Source: Octopus vulgaris (Eukaryota). From it: 64,000 bases of DNA. The stretch is from assembly GCA_951406725.2 (NCBI GenBank), contig OX597816.1:85870001-85934000 (forward strand). The letters run 5' to 3'. A program made the position numbers and the translations under genes. Below are positions 41,699 through 52,740 of the stretch, in pieces. Below the pieces are notes generated by a model. The model did not search any database. It was not told where the DNA came from and worked only from the letters and a program-made list of their open reading frames with translations. Positions within the stretch are counted from its first letter, which is position 1; each line of letters begins with the position of its first letter.

Positions 41699-41802
41699 GT
41701 CACGCCCACAAATATGTCCAGACACGCATGTACACATGAAATCACTCCTCAGCAAACATGATCCCAGGATGTTTTTTGTTTGTCAATAATTTTTCCGGTA
41801 CA

Positions 41803-42445
41803 AGGCGGCGAACTGCCAGAAACTTTAGCACGCCGGACGAAATGCGTAGCCGTATTTCGTTTGCCGTTACGTTCTGAGTTTCAAATTCCACCGGGGTCGG
41901 CTTTGCTTTTCATCCTTTCGGGGTGTATAAATTAAGCATCAGTTACGCCCTTGGGTCTATGTAATCGACTTAATCCGTTTGTCTGTCCTTGTTTGTCCTC
42001 TCTGTCTTTATCCCCTTGTGGGTAGTTAAGAAATAGGTATTTCGTCTTCTTTACGTTCTGAGCTCAAATTCTGCCGAGGTCGACTTTCCCTTTTATCCTT
42101 CCGGGTTCGATAAATTAAGTACCAGTTGCTTACAGGGGGCGATCTAATAAACTATCACCCTCCAAAAAATTTCGGGCCTTTTGCTTAGAGTGGAAAATAA
42201 TTATGAATTTGTTACGTTAATGGTTTGTATATAAAGTATATAAGTTGGCGAGCAGGCCGAATCTTTAGCAAACCGGGTAAAATGCTTGGAGGCATTTCAC
42301 CTGTTTTTACGTTCTGATTTCTAATTATACTGAGGTCACCTTTGCCTTCCATCATTTGTGATTGATAATATAAATACCAGTTGAGTACTGGGTTTACTGA
42401 TACAGACTAGCCCCCTCCACAACATTGTGCCTATAGAAGAGAGGA
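41803..42445 (+). mobile_element. Cluster of three tandem SINE family B units (41803-42030, 42035-42200, 42245-42445)
   Basis: Repeated ttacgttctga..aattc..gaggtc..tttgc..catc..ataaat..accagtt blocks. Confidence 0.8.
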
Positions 42446-43934
42446 TATAAAGTAGATATATAGTTTATTTAAAACAAACGTTGCCTTACCTCCTCCAAAT
42501 ACTTTGTACAGCATTTTGAGGAGAGAAAATAATTTTCCAAAAATTCATAAACATTTTTATGGAGAACCATAAAGACACAAATTCCAGATTTCCATCTTTT
42601 GTCTTTTATGGACAATATCTCGAGTATAACTGAAAAACTTTAAAGTTATATATATAGGACAGGAATAATAGATATTTTATTTGAAATTATTCTTTATAAT
42701 AGAATAGATTTAAAATGGTTTTAAATGTCAAGACGCGTTCTTTTATTGTTTTTAATTGGAAATTTGCAATAAGTTACTTTTAAAGATGAAACGATATATT
42801 GTGTGCAAATAGTTCAAATATAATTTGGACAGCTAGATTATGTCATGTTATTTTCTTTCGTTTTAGATATGACTTCAAAGGAAAAGAAATTCCTTGTTGA
42901 TTTGGATATTAATGATTAAATTATTGTTCTTCTTGAAAACAGTTGCAACATATTATTGTGTGCACAACATACTAAAGAAACTATCAACCTACTTCTCTGT
43001 CTAAATAAAATAAGCAGTAACTCTCTAGAAAAGCAGAAAAGTTCTGATTGTCATTAAACTACTACAAATAAGGATGGACAATCTTTGTTCAGGAAAGAAA
43101 ATATTACTACTCAAACAGCCGCACCTCTTCAAAACTTTCCGAGAGGACAGTTTTTAAGAATTTAACAGAAGCTGATTTTTCCAAGAGATGTTGTTGGAAG
43201 CCTCGTTGAACTAAAGTACATACATACATACATTAGTGTTGGCTTAAAAGTTTTAACCTAGTACAGTTACTGTAATACAGAATGTTTTCTGAAAGTCATG
43301 TAGACTGAGGAATCACAAAGTCACAGGCCTGTTGTGACATTACAATGAAAATGTATTTCAACGAATGTGAAGCATGGAGAACATCATACATGGCAGTTAA
43401 GTGTCTTTTCAAACGTAATTGTTTATGATTTTGTAAAGTGTTAATAGTCCTATATCGTCTAACATCACTTAAAAGTTAAATGTTTCCTGATAATCATGTT
43501 TCTGTCACCTCAGATTACATATTTAACTCCCGAGATAAAGATTTGGCATGTATTCAGCACATAACTGTTGGAAGAAACTTTCCAAATTCTGATAAAATTT
43601 GGAAAGTTGTGAAACATAACTGTCATTTCAATTTCCGGCGTAACCACATTGTCATTGCAGACATATATCTTTAATATATGTCTAGAATGTCTAACTAGCC
43701 CCGATATTGCCTGAAATGCTTTGTAGAAGTTTTACTTGTGAAATTATGAGCAGCTCAGCGTTTGTTCAAAATGGATTTCAGCCTGTTACTACATGAGTAC
43801 ATAAGTGGGAATATAAGGAACCAAATCTGCACCATAACTGCTGGTAGCGTTATGTATATAAACATGTTGCGTGTTGTATGGTTGACAATCAATGGTTAGC
43901 CAATCCAGTTTTGGTGAAGTTACGTAACTGAATG

Positions 43935-44232
43935 AGTATTTTATTAGGCTTATGATCCATGATGTCGTGAGTACAATATACTAGGCGTCGTGTTGTGTCC
44001 TTGACTAATACAATTTAATTTCACGTTGCTCCAGTCCGTTCAGCTGGCATAAATAAGTAGCACCTGTATTTCAAAGGACCAGCCTTGTCACAATCGATGT
44101 CATACTGAATCTCCCTGAGACGTACGTTAAGGGTACATGTGCCTGGAGAGTGCTGAATCACTTACACGTTGATTTCACCAGCAGGCTCTTCCGTTGATCG
44201 GATCAACTGGTTGTCGTATTCAGCGGAGTGCC
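43935..44232 (+). mobile_element. Probable SINE of a third family
   Basis: Decayed B-box-like region followed by ttgtgtccttg and a GC-richer body in AT-rich flanks; single copy in this window. Confidence 0.4.
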
Positions 44233-45197
44233 AATTAATCCTGTTTTAAACATGCAGTACGTCCAAGCACAATGCACGCTAGGGACTCTTCAAAATCATT
44301 GCCATAAGGAGTTTCAAAGGCTTTCAGTTCTCCTATTTGATACACAATCTAATCTTTTCCAAAATGAAGTCTCCTTTCTAGCTATAGACCTGCTAATGAA
44401 CAGTGATGATGTCAAGGAATGAAGGTTCATTCACTTTTGTATTAGTACTAAGCATAGTAACGAGAACTGATTCTCTATAAGGATGTTCAATTTGGAAACT
44501 TGAAATCATCCCGATATTTAGTATACCTATCACATATGAAATTTGATAGGGCAAGCTTTTACCTTGATTCAGTTCTCCAGCGATCATGTACCATGTCTGA
44601 AAATGTTTCTATGTGTAATAATGTGAAGGCACATTTTGCGAATACCTTAGAATATTTTTATATGCCGTCTAAAAAGAGTCCCTATCTTAGAAAAGTATAT
44701 CCAGGGATTGCACAATAGTAATAAATTTAAATATTAGTGATAAGTTTCAAGGTCCTATTTGACTCATCTGTCTCCAATAACCAAGGACTTCTCAATCCAT
44801 TTCGAAATATGGTGATTTATCTATAGAGCTAAAGCTGACAAGAGGCGCTAACACCCTCTAGATCAACTCTGTTCTGTTAATCATTTATATTTGATTCCAT
44901 ATACGTTTCTTATAAGAGAAACTTCATCTCATCGTCATAGACATTTTGCAAGTAAAAAAGCAGTGGGAAACAGAGGAGAGGAATGTTGTTTTTGGAATGT
45001 CTTGTTCCGCGTAAGTCACAAAGTCATAATTATCTGCTTCCAACAAAACAATAAAATAAATACAAAAATACGAAAACCTAAAGATCACCGAGAGAATAAA
45101 TTCCTCACTCATAAAATTGTATTCAGCACCAGTTTTCACTGGAATCATCTCCAACAGAGCCCCATCTGAGTTACATGGGCCTTCATAATATAATATA

Positions 45198-45294
<97 letters not shown>

Positions 45295-46094
45295 GTATGT
45301 ATGTAACACCATAATTCTTAAATAAAATGAATATGAGTGACGATCGATATATTGTCTATTGCGTTGGTGATATTTGTGAAACAGAGGCCATTATAGCAAA
45401 TTTGTTTCCGGGATATTTCCCATAATTGAAAATCACAAGATGAAATAGAAACCGCAGATCACATCGTTAATCGATAACCAAATCTCCCAGACTTAACTCT
45501 ATGGTTTCAGACGCTTACTGTCATTTGTTAGTTGATGCAATATATTTTCATCATTTAGTTAAGTTGGATACGATTCATACCATAATGAATTTTCTTCACA
45601 TTAACATTTTATGTTGTGGTTATTTTGTTTTCGAGCATCAGATCAGTAATGATTAAAAATACCTATGATCAAAGGGTATGCTGAAAGATAATCCTGTATG
45701 TATAGTATTATACAAGATCATACATAACGTCTTTCGTATTCTTAGACTGTATAAGTGTTATTCAAACAAGGTGTAGTTGTTTTGCTTAGCGTGGTGTGAT
45801 ATTACTTAAATGTTCCCCCGTATAAGCTAGTGTAGTAAAGTGTTTGTAAATATTATTTAATATGTTAGCACGTTGCTTGAAACTTTGAAATATGTGATTG
45901 CGCAATGAGATCAACTACACTATCTGACCTATAATTTATTTTAAACATTTTACCAAATGTATAGAGGCAAATATGATTCACGCGGAAATTGAAATGAGAA
46001 CGCAAAGAACGGTGAGAAATATTACCAGACATTCTTTAAGACACTATAACGATTCCTCCAGTCCATAATTTTAAAGAGTTTGATGATATCCTTT

Positions 46095-46295
46095 CTACAA
46101 TAGGCACAAAGCGTAAAATTGTGGCGATGGAGCAGTCGATTGCATTGAACCAGGGTTCAACTGGTGCTTACTTTAACGACCCCGAATGAATGAAACGTTA
46201 AACCAACATTAGGAGTTTTGAACCTAAAACGTAAAGCAGTAAGAAATACAGCTAATAATTCTATCCAGCACAGTAATGTTTCGGCCGACTTGACG
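46095..46295 (-). mobile_element. SINE family B-like (decayed, reverse)
   Basis: gtcgattgcattga..ccag..aactggtgctta..gaccccgaa..atgaa is the reverse complement of the family B core. Confidence 0.55.
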
Positions 46296-46317
46296 TTATA
46301 TAGGTTTTTGCATATAT

Positions 46318-46711
46318 GCTTTTATTCTTTTACTTGTTTCAGTAATTTGACTGCGGTTATGCAGGAGCACCAACTTTAGGCGAATAAATTGTCCCCAGGA
46401 CTTATTCCTTACAACCCTAGTACCTATGTTATCGGTCTCTTTTTGCCAAATCGCTAAGGCACGAGAACGTAAACACACCAACACTGGTTGTCAAGCCATG
46501 GTGGCTGGGCAAACACAGACACACGAACATATACATACATATACATATATACGACGGGCTTGTTTCAGTATCTGTCTACCAAATCAACTCACATGGGTTT
46601 GGTCAGCCCCGGGCTAAAGCAGGAGACACTTGCCCAAGGTGCAACGCTGTGGGACTGAACCCGGAACCATGTGGCTGGAAGCCAAATTCTTACCACGCAC
46701 TCACACCTGTG

Positions 46712-46715
<4 letters not shown>
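46318..46715 (-). mobile_element. tRNA-derived SINE, family A
   Basis: Homologous along its length to 29165-29596. Confidence 0.85.
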
Positions 46716-46756
<41 letters not shown>

Positions 46757-46845
46757 TTTGATACTTTGATACTTTGATAGGTTTCGGCCATTATTGGCCC
46801 AGGCCATGTCTAACTTAATAGCACCACCTGGTGAAGTCTTTCAAG

Positions 46846-49800
46846 TCAGAATTTGGGCACTATGGCCCACTCAAGTAGAGAGTTATTGTTTACAGAGGCA
46901 TATCCGGGTGTAGGGGGTTTATCCGGGATTTCTTGAAGGAATCTGTCCAAAGACTTCTTGAACCCTATAGGGTCAGTTTCTGTTTTAATGTGTTTTGGTG
47001 TAATGTTAAAGAGAGCGGGGCCAATTGAGGTGAAATAATTGTGCCGTATTGTTGTTATGAGATGAGAGTGCGATTTTTGTTTTGGGCGGATGGCACGGGG
47101 CCCAAGCCTTGGATGTACCTTAAAGGTGATGCCAACATCATTTGGGCAATGCTGATGGAATATTTTCCACATCATGCAGATGATGTAGCGCTCACGACGA
47201 CGTTGGAGAGAATAGAGTTTTAGCTTTTCTAGTCGACCCCAATAGTCGAGGCCTGTCATGCCATCTATCTTTTTTGTGATTGCCCTTTGAGGTGCTTCGA
47301 CTTTTTTGATACCTTGTATTGTGTGGGGAGACCACAGTGGACAACAGTATTCAAGGTGGGGTCGGGCAAAAGTGGAGAAGAGAAGGATAATGGTGTGGAT
47401 ATCTCTCGACTGGAAAGTTCTGAGAATCCAGGAACACATTCTGCGGGCCATGTCAACTTTGGTGTTTATATGAGTGGCCCAGCTTACGTTGTTGTCCACA
47501 ATTACTCCCAAGTCTCTGATGTTGTTGGACGCCGCGAGAGTTTCACCTGAAGGAAGGGAGTATGGGAGTTTCAGGGCATCCTCTTTTCCAAAGTGGATTA
47601 GCTCAAATTTATCCTCGTTCAGCAGCATATTGTTTTTTTCTGCCCATTGGATAACAGCCAGTAGATCTGACTGAAGGCATGTCCGGTCACTCGCCTCATT
47701 TATGACCTTCTGTAGCTTGGAGTCATCTGCAAAGATTTTTATGTTGCTGTGCTTGATGATGTCATTAATGTCATTAATGTAAATGATGAAAAGAAGTGGG
47801 CCCAGCACAGTGCCTTGCGGAACGCCACTACTGACTTTGGCTGGGCTTGATTTTACCCCTTCAACTACAACATGTTGAGATCTGTCTGTCAGGAAACACT
47901 TAATCCATTTCAGTAACTTTCCAGAGACACCAATGTTGGATAGTTTTTTCAATAGGATCTTGTGATCGACCCTGTCGAAGGCCTTACTGAAATCAAGGTA
48001 GATGACATCGGTGTTGGAGCCCTCTCCCAAAGCTCTCAAAATGTCCTCAAAGTGATGCAGGAGCTGCGTTAGGCAGTCCCTTCCATTACGGAACCCATGT
48101 TGGTTGGAGATCAGCCGTCTGTTGCTTTCCAGAAATTGGGTTATTTGAGATCTCACCACCCTCTCAAATACCTTGATGATATGAGAGGTGAGTGAGATCG
48201 GACGGTAATTCACTGCAAGGGACTTGTTTCCCTTTTTGAAAACTGGGACAACAGACTGGGACAGAAGGTTTTTTGGAATATAGCCAGCATCCAGTGAGTT
48301 TCTCCACAGATTAGCAAGGGGAGATGCAAGTTGGTGTCGACACACCTTCAGGACACAAGCAGGGAACCTATCGGGGCCTACTGCTGAATTGTGTTTTATT
48401 TCGTTTATCGCCGCTAAGACATCAGGGGCACTAAACGTTATGTCCGATATAGTGTGTTGGGGGTTGACATCACTGATACAGCCCAGATCGGCCATATCAG
48501 GATTGCTGAAAACAGAGCAGTATTGTTTCTGCAGTATCTCGGCCATGGATTTGGCATTATCTTGGAGAGTGCCAGTTTCGTCAATTAGAGGGCCTACAGT
48601 GGAGACAGTGACCCTGCGTTTCCTCGCAAATGAAAAGAACACTTTGGGGTTGAGTTTGATTTTTCCAATGGCCCACTTCTCCTCAGCTGATCTTTGGTTA
48701 TTGATGAGGGACTTCATGCATTGTTGGAGGTTATATTTTTTGGATTCAAGCAGTGCGATAGCCGTCGAATGTGTGTGTTGCTGTTGGCAGTACTTTAGTT
48801 TGTTAATTTTTTTGTTTGTTCTTTTTATTTTTCTGATAATGGTTTTTCTGTTTTGGGGGATTCTGCACTTTTTGTTCACAGGTCTTGGTGGGGAGTGTTT
48901 TGCACATATGTCTGTGACGGTGTCTACAAAGATCTGCCAAGATGTTTTATGGTTGGTGGAGATGTGTGTATGTGTAAAGGACCAGTCAACATTTGATAGC
49001 TCGTTCCTGATTGCATCCCAGTTGGCTTTATGGAGATCCATGTTGTCAAATGGGTGGGCTGGAGGAAGGTCACTAGGATTAGCTTTCGGCTGGTGGAATT
49101 TCATGTTACAGAGAACCATGTCATGGTCTGAAAGAAGGGTTTTTTCCACTGTAACGTTATGTATAGTGTTAGTGTGGTTACTAAACACTAGGTCCAAAAT
49201 GTTCTGATGTCTTGTTGGTGCAAGGACAAGTTGGGACAAGAAAAACTCATTCGTAAAGTCGAAAAGTGACTCTGCTGCTTCTTTGTCAGCGGTTGAGGCG
49301 GGAGTGCTTGGTTTCAAACAGTTTGTAGTCCAGTCAACACAGGGTAGATTGAAGTCTCCCATCATGAGTATGTTGCTAGAATGGCACTGTTGAATAAAGC
49401 ACTTAATGCTGTTGAGGCATTCTTTAAAGCACAGTATGGGTGTTTGGGGCGGCCTATAGAGCCCAATTACTGTCAGATCATTGGCTTTGTTGTGCACGGT
49501 GACTGATTCACAGTAGCCGTTGGAGAATATACTATTTCCATCTGCCGTAAATGAATCATGCAGGAAAATGGCAGTTCCACCCTTCCTCCTGCCGATACGA
49601 TCCGCGCGGATGGTTGTGAAATTCTTCACTCTCACTTCGGCTTCCAAGTGGGAGTTGTCAAGGTGGGTCTCAGTGAGAATGAAGAAAGGGATGTGGTGTG
49701 AATGGTTACCAACCCAGTCTTCAATGAATTGGACCTTCCATTTTTGTGCATTGATGGAAGGGCTGACACCTTGTGCATTGAGTAGGAATGTGGAGGTTAG

Positions 49801-49965
49801 TGTAGTGGCTGGTTTTGACTGTTGCAGGGGGCTTGGATTTTTTGTGTGTGTTAGTGGCAGCAATGTGGGGAATTGGTGCACTGGGGTAATAGCATAGGAT
49901 GGTGTTGAGTGATGGCTAGAATGTTTTTGTGTATCTCTTTTGCCATGTTCAACATGGCTAAAAAA
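46846..49965 (-). CDS. LINE ORF2: AP endonuclease + reverse transcriptase (no ATG before the APE; frame open from 49977)
   Basis: LNAQG, LTETHL, GGTAIF, LYRPP, MGDFN, ILDLVF, SDH (APE); KKG..NYRPISLTS, QHGFR, YLDFSKAFD, GVPQGTVLGP, FADD (RT); the track start at 49881 is GTG. Confidence 0.95.
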   Translation of the reverse strand, partial: FFSHVEHGKRDTQKHSSHHSTPSYAITPVHQFPTLLPLTHTKNPSPLQQSKPATTLTSTFLLNAQGVSPSINAQKWKVQFIEDWVGNHSHHIPFFILTETHLDNSHLEAEVRVKNFTTIRADRIGRRKGGTAIFLHDSFTADGNSIFSNGYCESVTVHNKANDLTVIGLYRPPQTPILCFKECLNSIKCFIQQCHSSNILMMGDFNLPCVDWTTNCLKPSTPASTADKEAAESLFDFTNEFFLSQLVLAPTRHQNILDLVFSNHTNTIHNVTVEKTLLSDHDMVLCNMKFHQPKANPSDLPPAHPFDNMDLHKANWDAIRNELSNVDWSFTHTHISTNHKTSWQIFVDTVTDICAKHSPPRPVNKKCRIPQNRKTIIRKIKRTNKKINKLKYCQQQHTHSTAIALLESKKYNLQQCMKSLINNQRSAEEKWAIGKIKLNPKVFFSFARKRRVTVSTVGPLIDETGTLQDNAKSMAEILQKQYCSVFSNPDMADLGCISDVNPQHTISDITFSAPDVLAAINEIKHNSAVGPDRFPACVLKVCRHQLASPLANLWRNSLDAGYIPKNLLSQSVVPVFKKGNKSLAVNYRPISLTSHIIKVFERVVRSQITQFLESNRRLISNQHGFRNGRDCLTQLLHHFEDILRALGEGSNTDVIYLDFSKAFDRVDHKILLKKLSNIGVSGKLLKWIKCFLTDRSQHVVVEGVKSSPAKVSSGVPQGTVLGPLLFIIYINDINDIIKHSNIKIFADDSKLQKVINEASDRTCLQSDLLAVIQWAEKNNMLLNEDKFELIHFGKEDALKLPYSLPSGETLAASNNIRDLGVIVDNNVSWATHINTKVDMARRMCSWILRTFQSRDIHTIILLFSTFARPHLEYCCPLWSPHTIQGIKKVEAPQRAITKKIDGMTGLDYWGRLEKLKLYSLQRRRERYIICMMWKIFHQHCPNDVGITFKVHPRLGPRAIRPKQKSHSHLITTIRHNYFTSIGPALFNITPKHIKTETDPIGFKKSLDRFLQEIPDKPPTPGYASVNNNSLLEWAIVPKF

Positions 49966-50904
49966 GAATTTTCCTGCTTAGGGAGCAGTTTTTGGCTGGA
50001 GGTGTGGTTGCACTGTTGGATAGGGTTGTAGTTTCCACTTTTGTTGTTGTTGTTTTTGTGTCTTCCTGAAAAGACTGGACCAGCATTACTGCAGCATGGT
50101 GTGTTTCTATTTTTATTGTTATTCAGGTTTGTGTGTTGGCTTGAGGCCCCGTTTCTGTTTGTGCGTCGGGTCCCTGGAAGATGAGTGAAGGGACAGTCAC
50201 TCAGTAGACATGTTCTCTCACGTTGGGAATACCGGCAGATTTTGGGACTCCGAGTTGTGTGTGTTTTGAATTTCGATTTACTATTTGGTGGTGTTGATGT
50301 TATTGTGGGATGCGTGCTTTGGCCTTGGCCAGTAGTGCGTCTAGTGCCGGGTAGATGCGTGAAGATGCAGTCACTATTTGTGCAGAGTCTCTGGCGCAGT
50401 GAATAGCGGCATATTTGGGGATTTCTTGTTTGTGCCGTGGGGGGCGCATTCTGCTTCCTATGTTTCTTTAAGTTTTTGTTACTGCAGTAGTATTGAGGTG
50501 GTGATGTGGGGGAAGAGGGCAGTGGTTTCTTATTTGGTTTTCTGTTGGTATTTTTGGTGATAGAAGACGATGGTGGCAGCGGTGGTGATGATGATGATGA
50601 TAATTGTGGTGGTTGCTGTGAGAGCGGTGAAAAGATACTGGCATTTAGTGAATCGTCTAGTAAGCTAGAGTTGAGGAGTGGCTGTTGTTGTTCTTGTTGC
50701 TGTGGCTGTTGTTGTTGTTGTTGTGCCTGACCGATGTCAGGGTCAGCCATTGTGTTGGGAACCAGGAGTGGCTCATTCTGTTGTTGTTGTTGTTGTGGCT
50801 GCTGATTTTCTAGCTGTTGTTGTTCTTGAACTGTGAAAATATGTAGAAGCTTTTCATAATGGCCTCTTATCAGTTTGAAAGATACTTCGATATGTTTCAA
50901 CTTG

Positions 50905-50905
<1 letters not shown>
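49851..50905 (-). CDS. LINE ORF1: Gln/Ser/Pro-rich protein with two C-x8-C-x4-C-x3-H zinc fingers (first in-element ATG at 50750)
   Basis: CRYSLRQRLCTNSDCIFTHLPGTRR (50355-50411) and CRYSQRERTCLLSDCPFTHLPGTRR (50181-50237); the part of the tracked ORF beyond 50905 is flanking (TA)n DNA. Confidence 0.8.
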
Positions 50906-50961
<56 letters not shown>

Positions 50962-51219
50962 CACACACATACTAATTGTTTTAGACAGAAGACAGTAAAT
51001 TTCATAAGTAGTAAAGCTGTAAGAATGGCAGAGAAAGGTTGGCTATTGAACATTATACAACGGAAACAAGTTGCTAGAGTTGTAAAGTTTATACGATTAA
51101 ATACACAACATTTCTCTTGTAGCATTACTGCGATTGAAATTTACTTTCTTTCCTGTAAAATATCATGCAAATTCGAGGCTCTCAAAGTTTACAATATACA
51201 TACAAACATACACACACAC

Positions 51220-51324
<105 letters not shown>

Positions 51325-51682
51325 TATATATGTAGGTATATATGTATGTATGTATGAAATCGTGGTATATACATGCGTGGCCGGGAACAAAACGCCCATT
51401 TATATGTGGAAAATTTTCTTCTGTCAGGAGCTGAACAAGTTGCGCAGTTCCATCAGCTGCATTATTACAGCAATGCTGCGATATACGCTCAATAAATTAT
51501 ATTCACTAATATATAAGAACATATTAGGCAAGCTGTTCGCAAATATTGGACAGGCTTTTAAATTCTCATAATCCTGTGTCCATATTTTATGTATGCTATA
51601 TACAATTTATCTGCCTTTTTGCTTTTACATGTCTTCAACCATTTTTATTTACCTTCATTTTGTCTGTATATACATATATGTA

Positions 51683-51718
<36 letters not shown>

Positions 51719-51948
51719 AAATTATATATATACAAACATATATATATATGCATGTATACATGTATATATATATACCTACATATATATGATTATACGTATA
51801 CACACACACATATATATGTATATATATATGTAAATATATACCTATTTGTATATATATATATAATTATATATGTATATGTATATGTGTGGGTGGGTGTGTA
51901 TGTGTGCATTTATATTCATACACACATCTATAAAAAAATATATATTCT

Positions 51949-51997
<49 letters not shown>

Positions 51998-52066
51998 GAT
52001 TTTGCTTCAGTATCTGTACGTGAAGGAAGTTTGAGAATAGAAAGAAACGAGACATTTGTGGCATTT

Positions 52067-52266
52067 ACTCATCCGAGGTTTCAGTCCCAATACTAAATTT
52101 TAATTCATTAGTGAAACATTTAGTCCTTCCTGGCCTTCTTTTCAACTAATGTGATTGAATAAACCGTCCAGCAAAACCTTAAAGTAAAAACAAATAACCT
52201 GTAGCAGAATTTATAATATATAATATCATGGTGTCTGTTTGTATTGGTTCAAGTGTGTATGTGTTT

Positions 52267-52317
<51 letters not shown>

Positions 52318-52358
52318 GTACATTCACTGAGAGGGGGAGAGAGAAATTAAATAGATAT

Positions 52359-52433
<75 letters not shown>

Positions 52434-52740
52434 TATGCGTATGTATGCGATATAAATGCAATGTTTATTGAAATTTTCAGTTAAATATACTTTAGCTTAT
52501 ATGACATCAGAAGCAGCCTTGAATTTTTTATGAGAAAAAGAATTTATTTATTTATATTTTCATATTATGTTAATATATATGAAAAATAAATATTTATCCC
52601 CATCTCTATTTTCTCATACGAGTTTCAGTATACTAAATTTTAATATATTAGTGAAACATTTAGTCCTTCCTGGCCTTCTTTTCAACTAATGTGATTGAAT
52701 AAACCATCCAGCAATATACCTATAAAGTAAAAACAAATAA
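52067..52740 (+). repeat. ~130 bp direct repeat pair (52067-52197, 52612-52740)
   Basis: attagtgaaacatttagtccttcctggccttcttttcaactaatgtgattgaataaacc is identical in both. Confidence 0.85.

Larger units (their letters stand above)
46754..50906 (-). mobile_element. Young CR1/L2-superfamily LINE (two ORFs), probably 5'-truncated within ORF1; (ATCAAAGT)3 tail; (TA)n on both sides
   Basis: Uninterrupted ORF1 and ORF2; short 3' UTR; tail TACTTTGA x3 at 46754-46777 on +; (TA)n at 46714-46755 and 50906-50957. Confidence 0.95.

Noticed and set aside
44260-44880. Very old CR1-like RT remnant on the minus strand (YSKVFAK resembles FSKAFDK)
   Set aside because: One weak motif only; not supportable without a profile search
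47041-50730. + strand ORFs overlapping the LINE (and - strand ORFs at 60092-61626 overlapping the Penelope ORF)
   Set aside because: Antisense shadows of long coding frames; no motifs
50906-51125. N-terminal extension of the 424-aa ORF
   Set aside because: Runs through flanking (TA)n and host DNA outside the LINE
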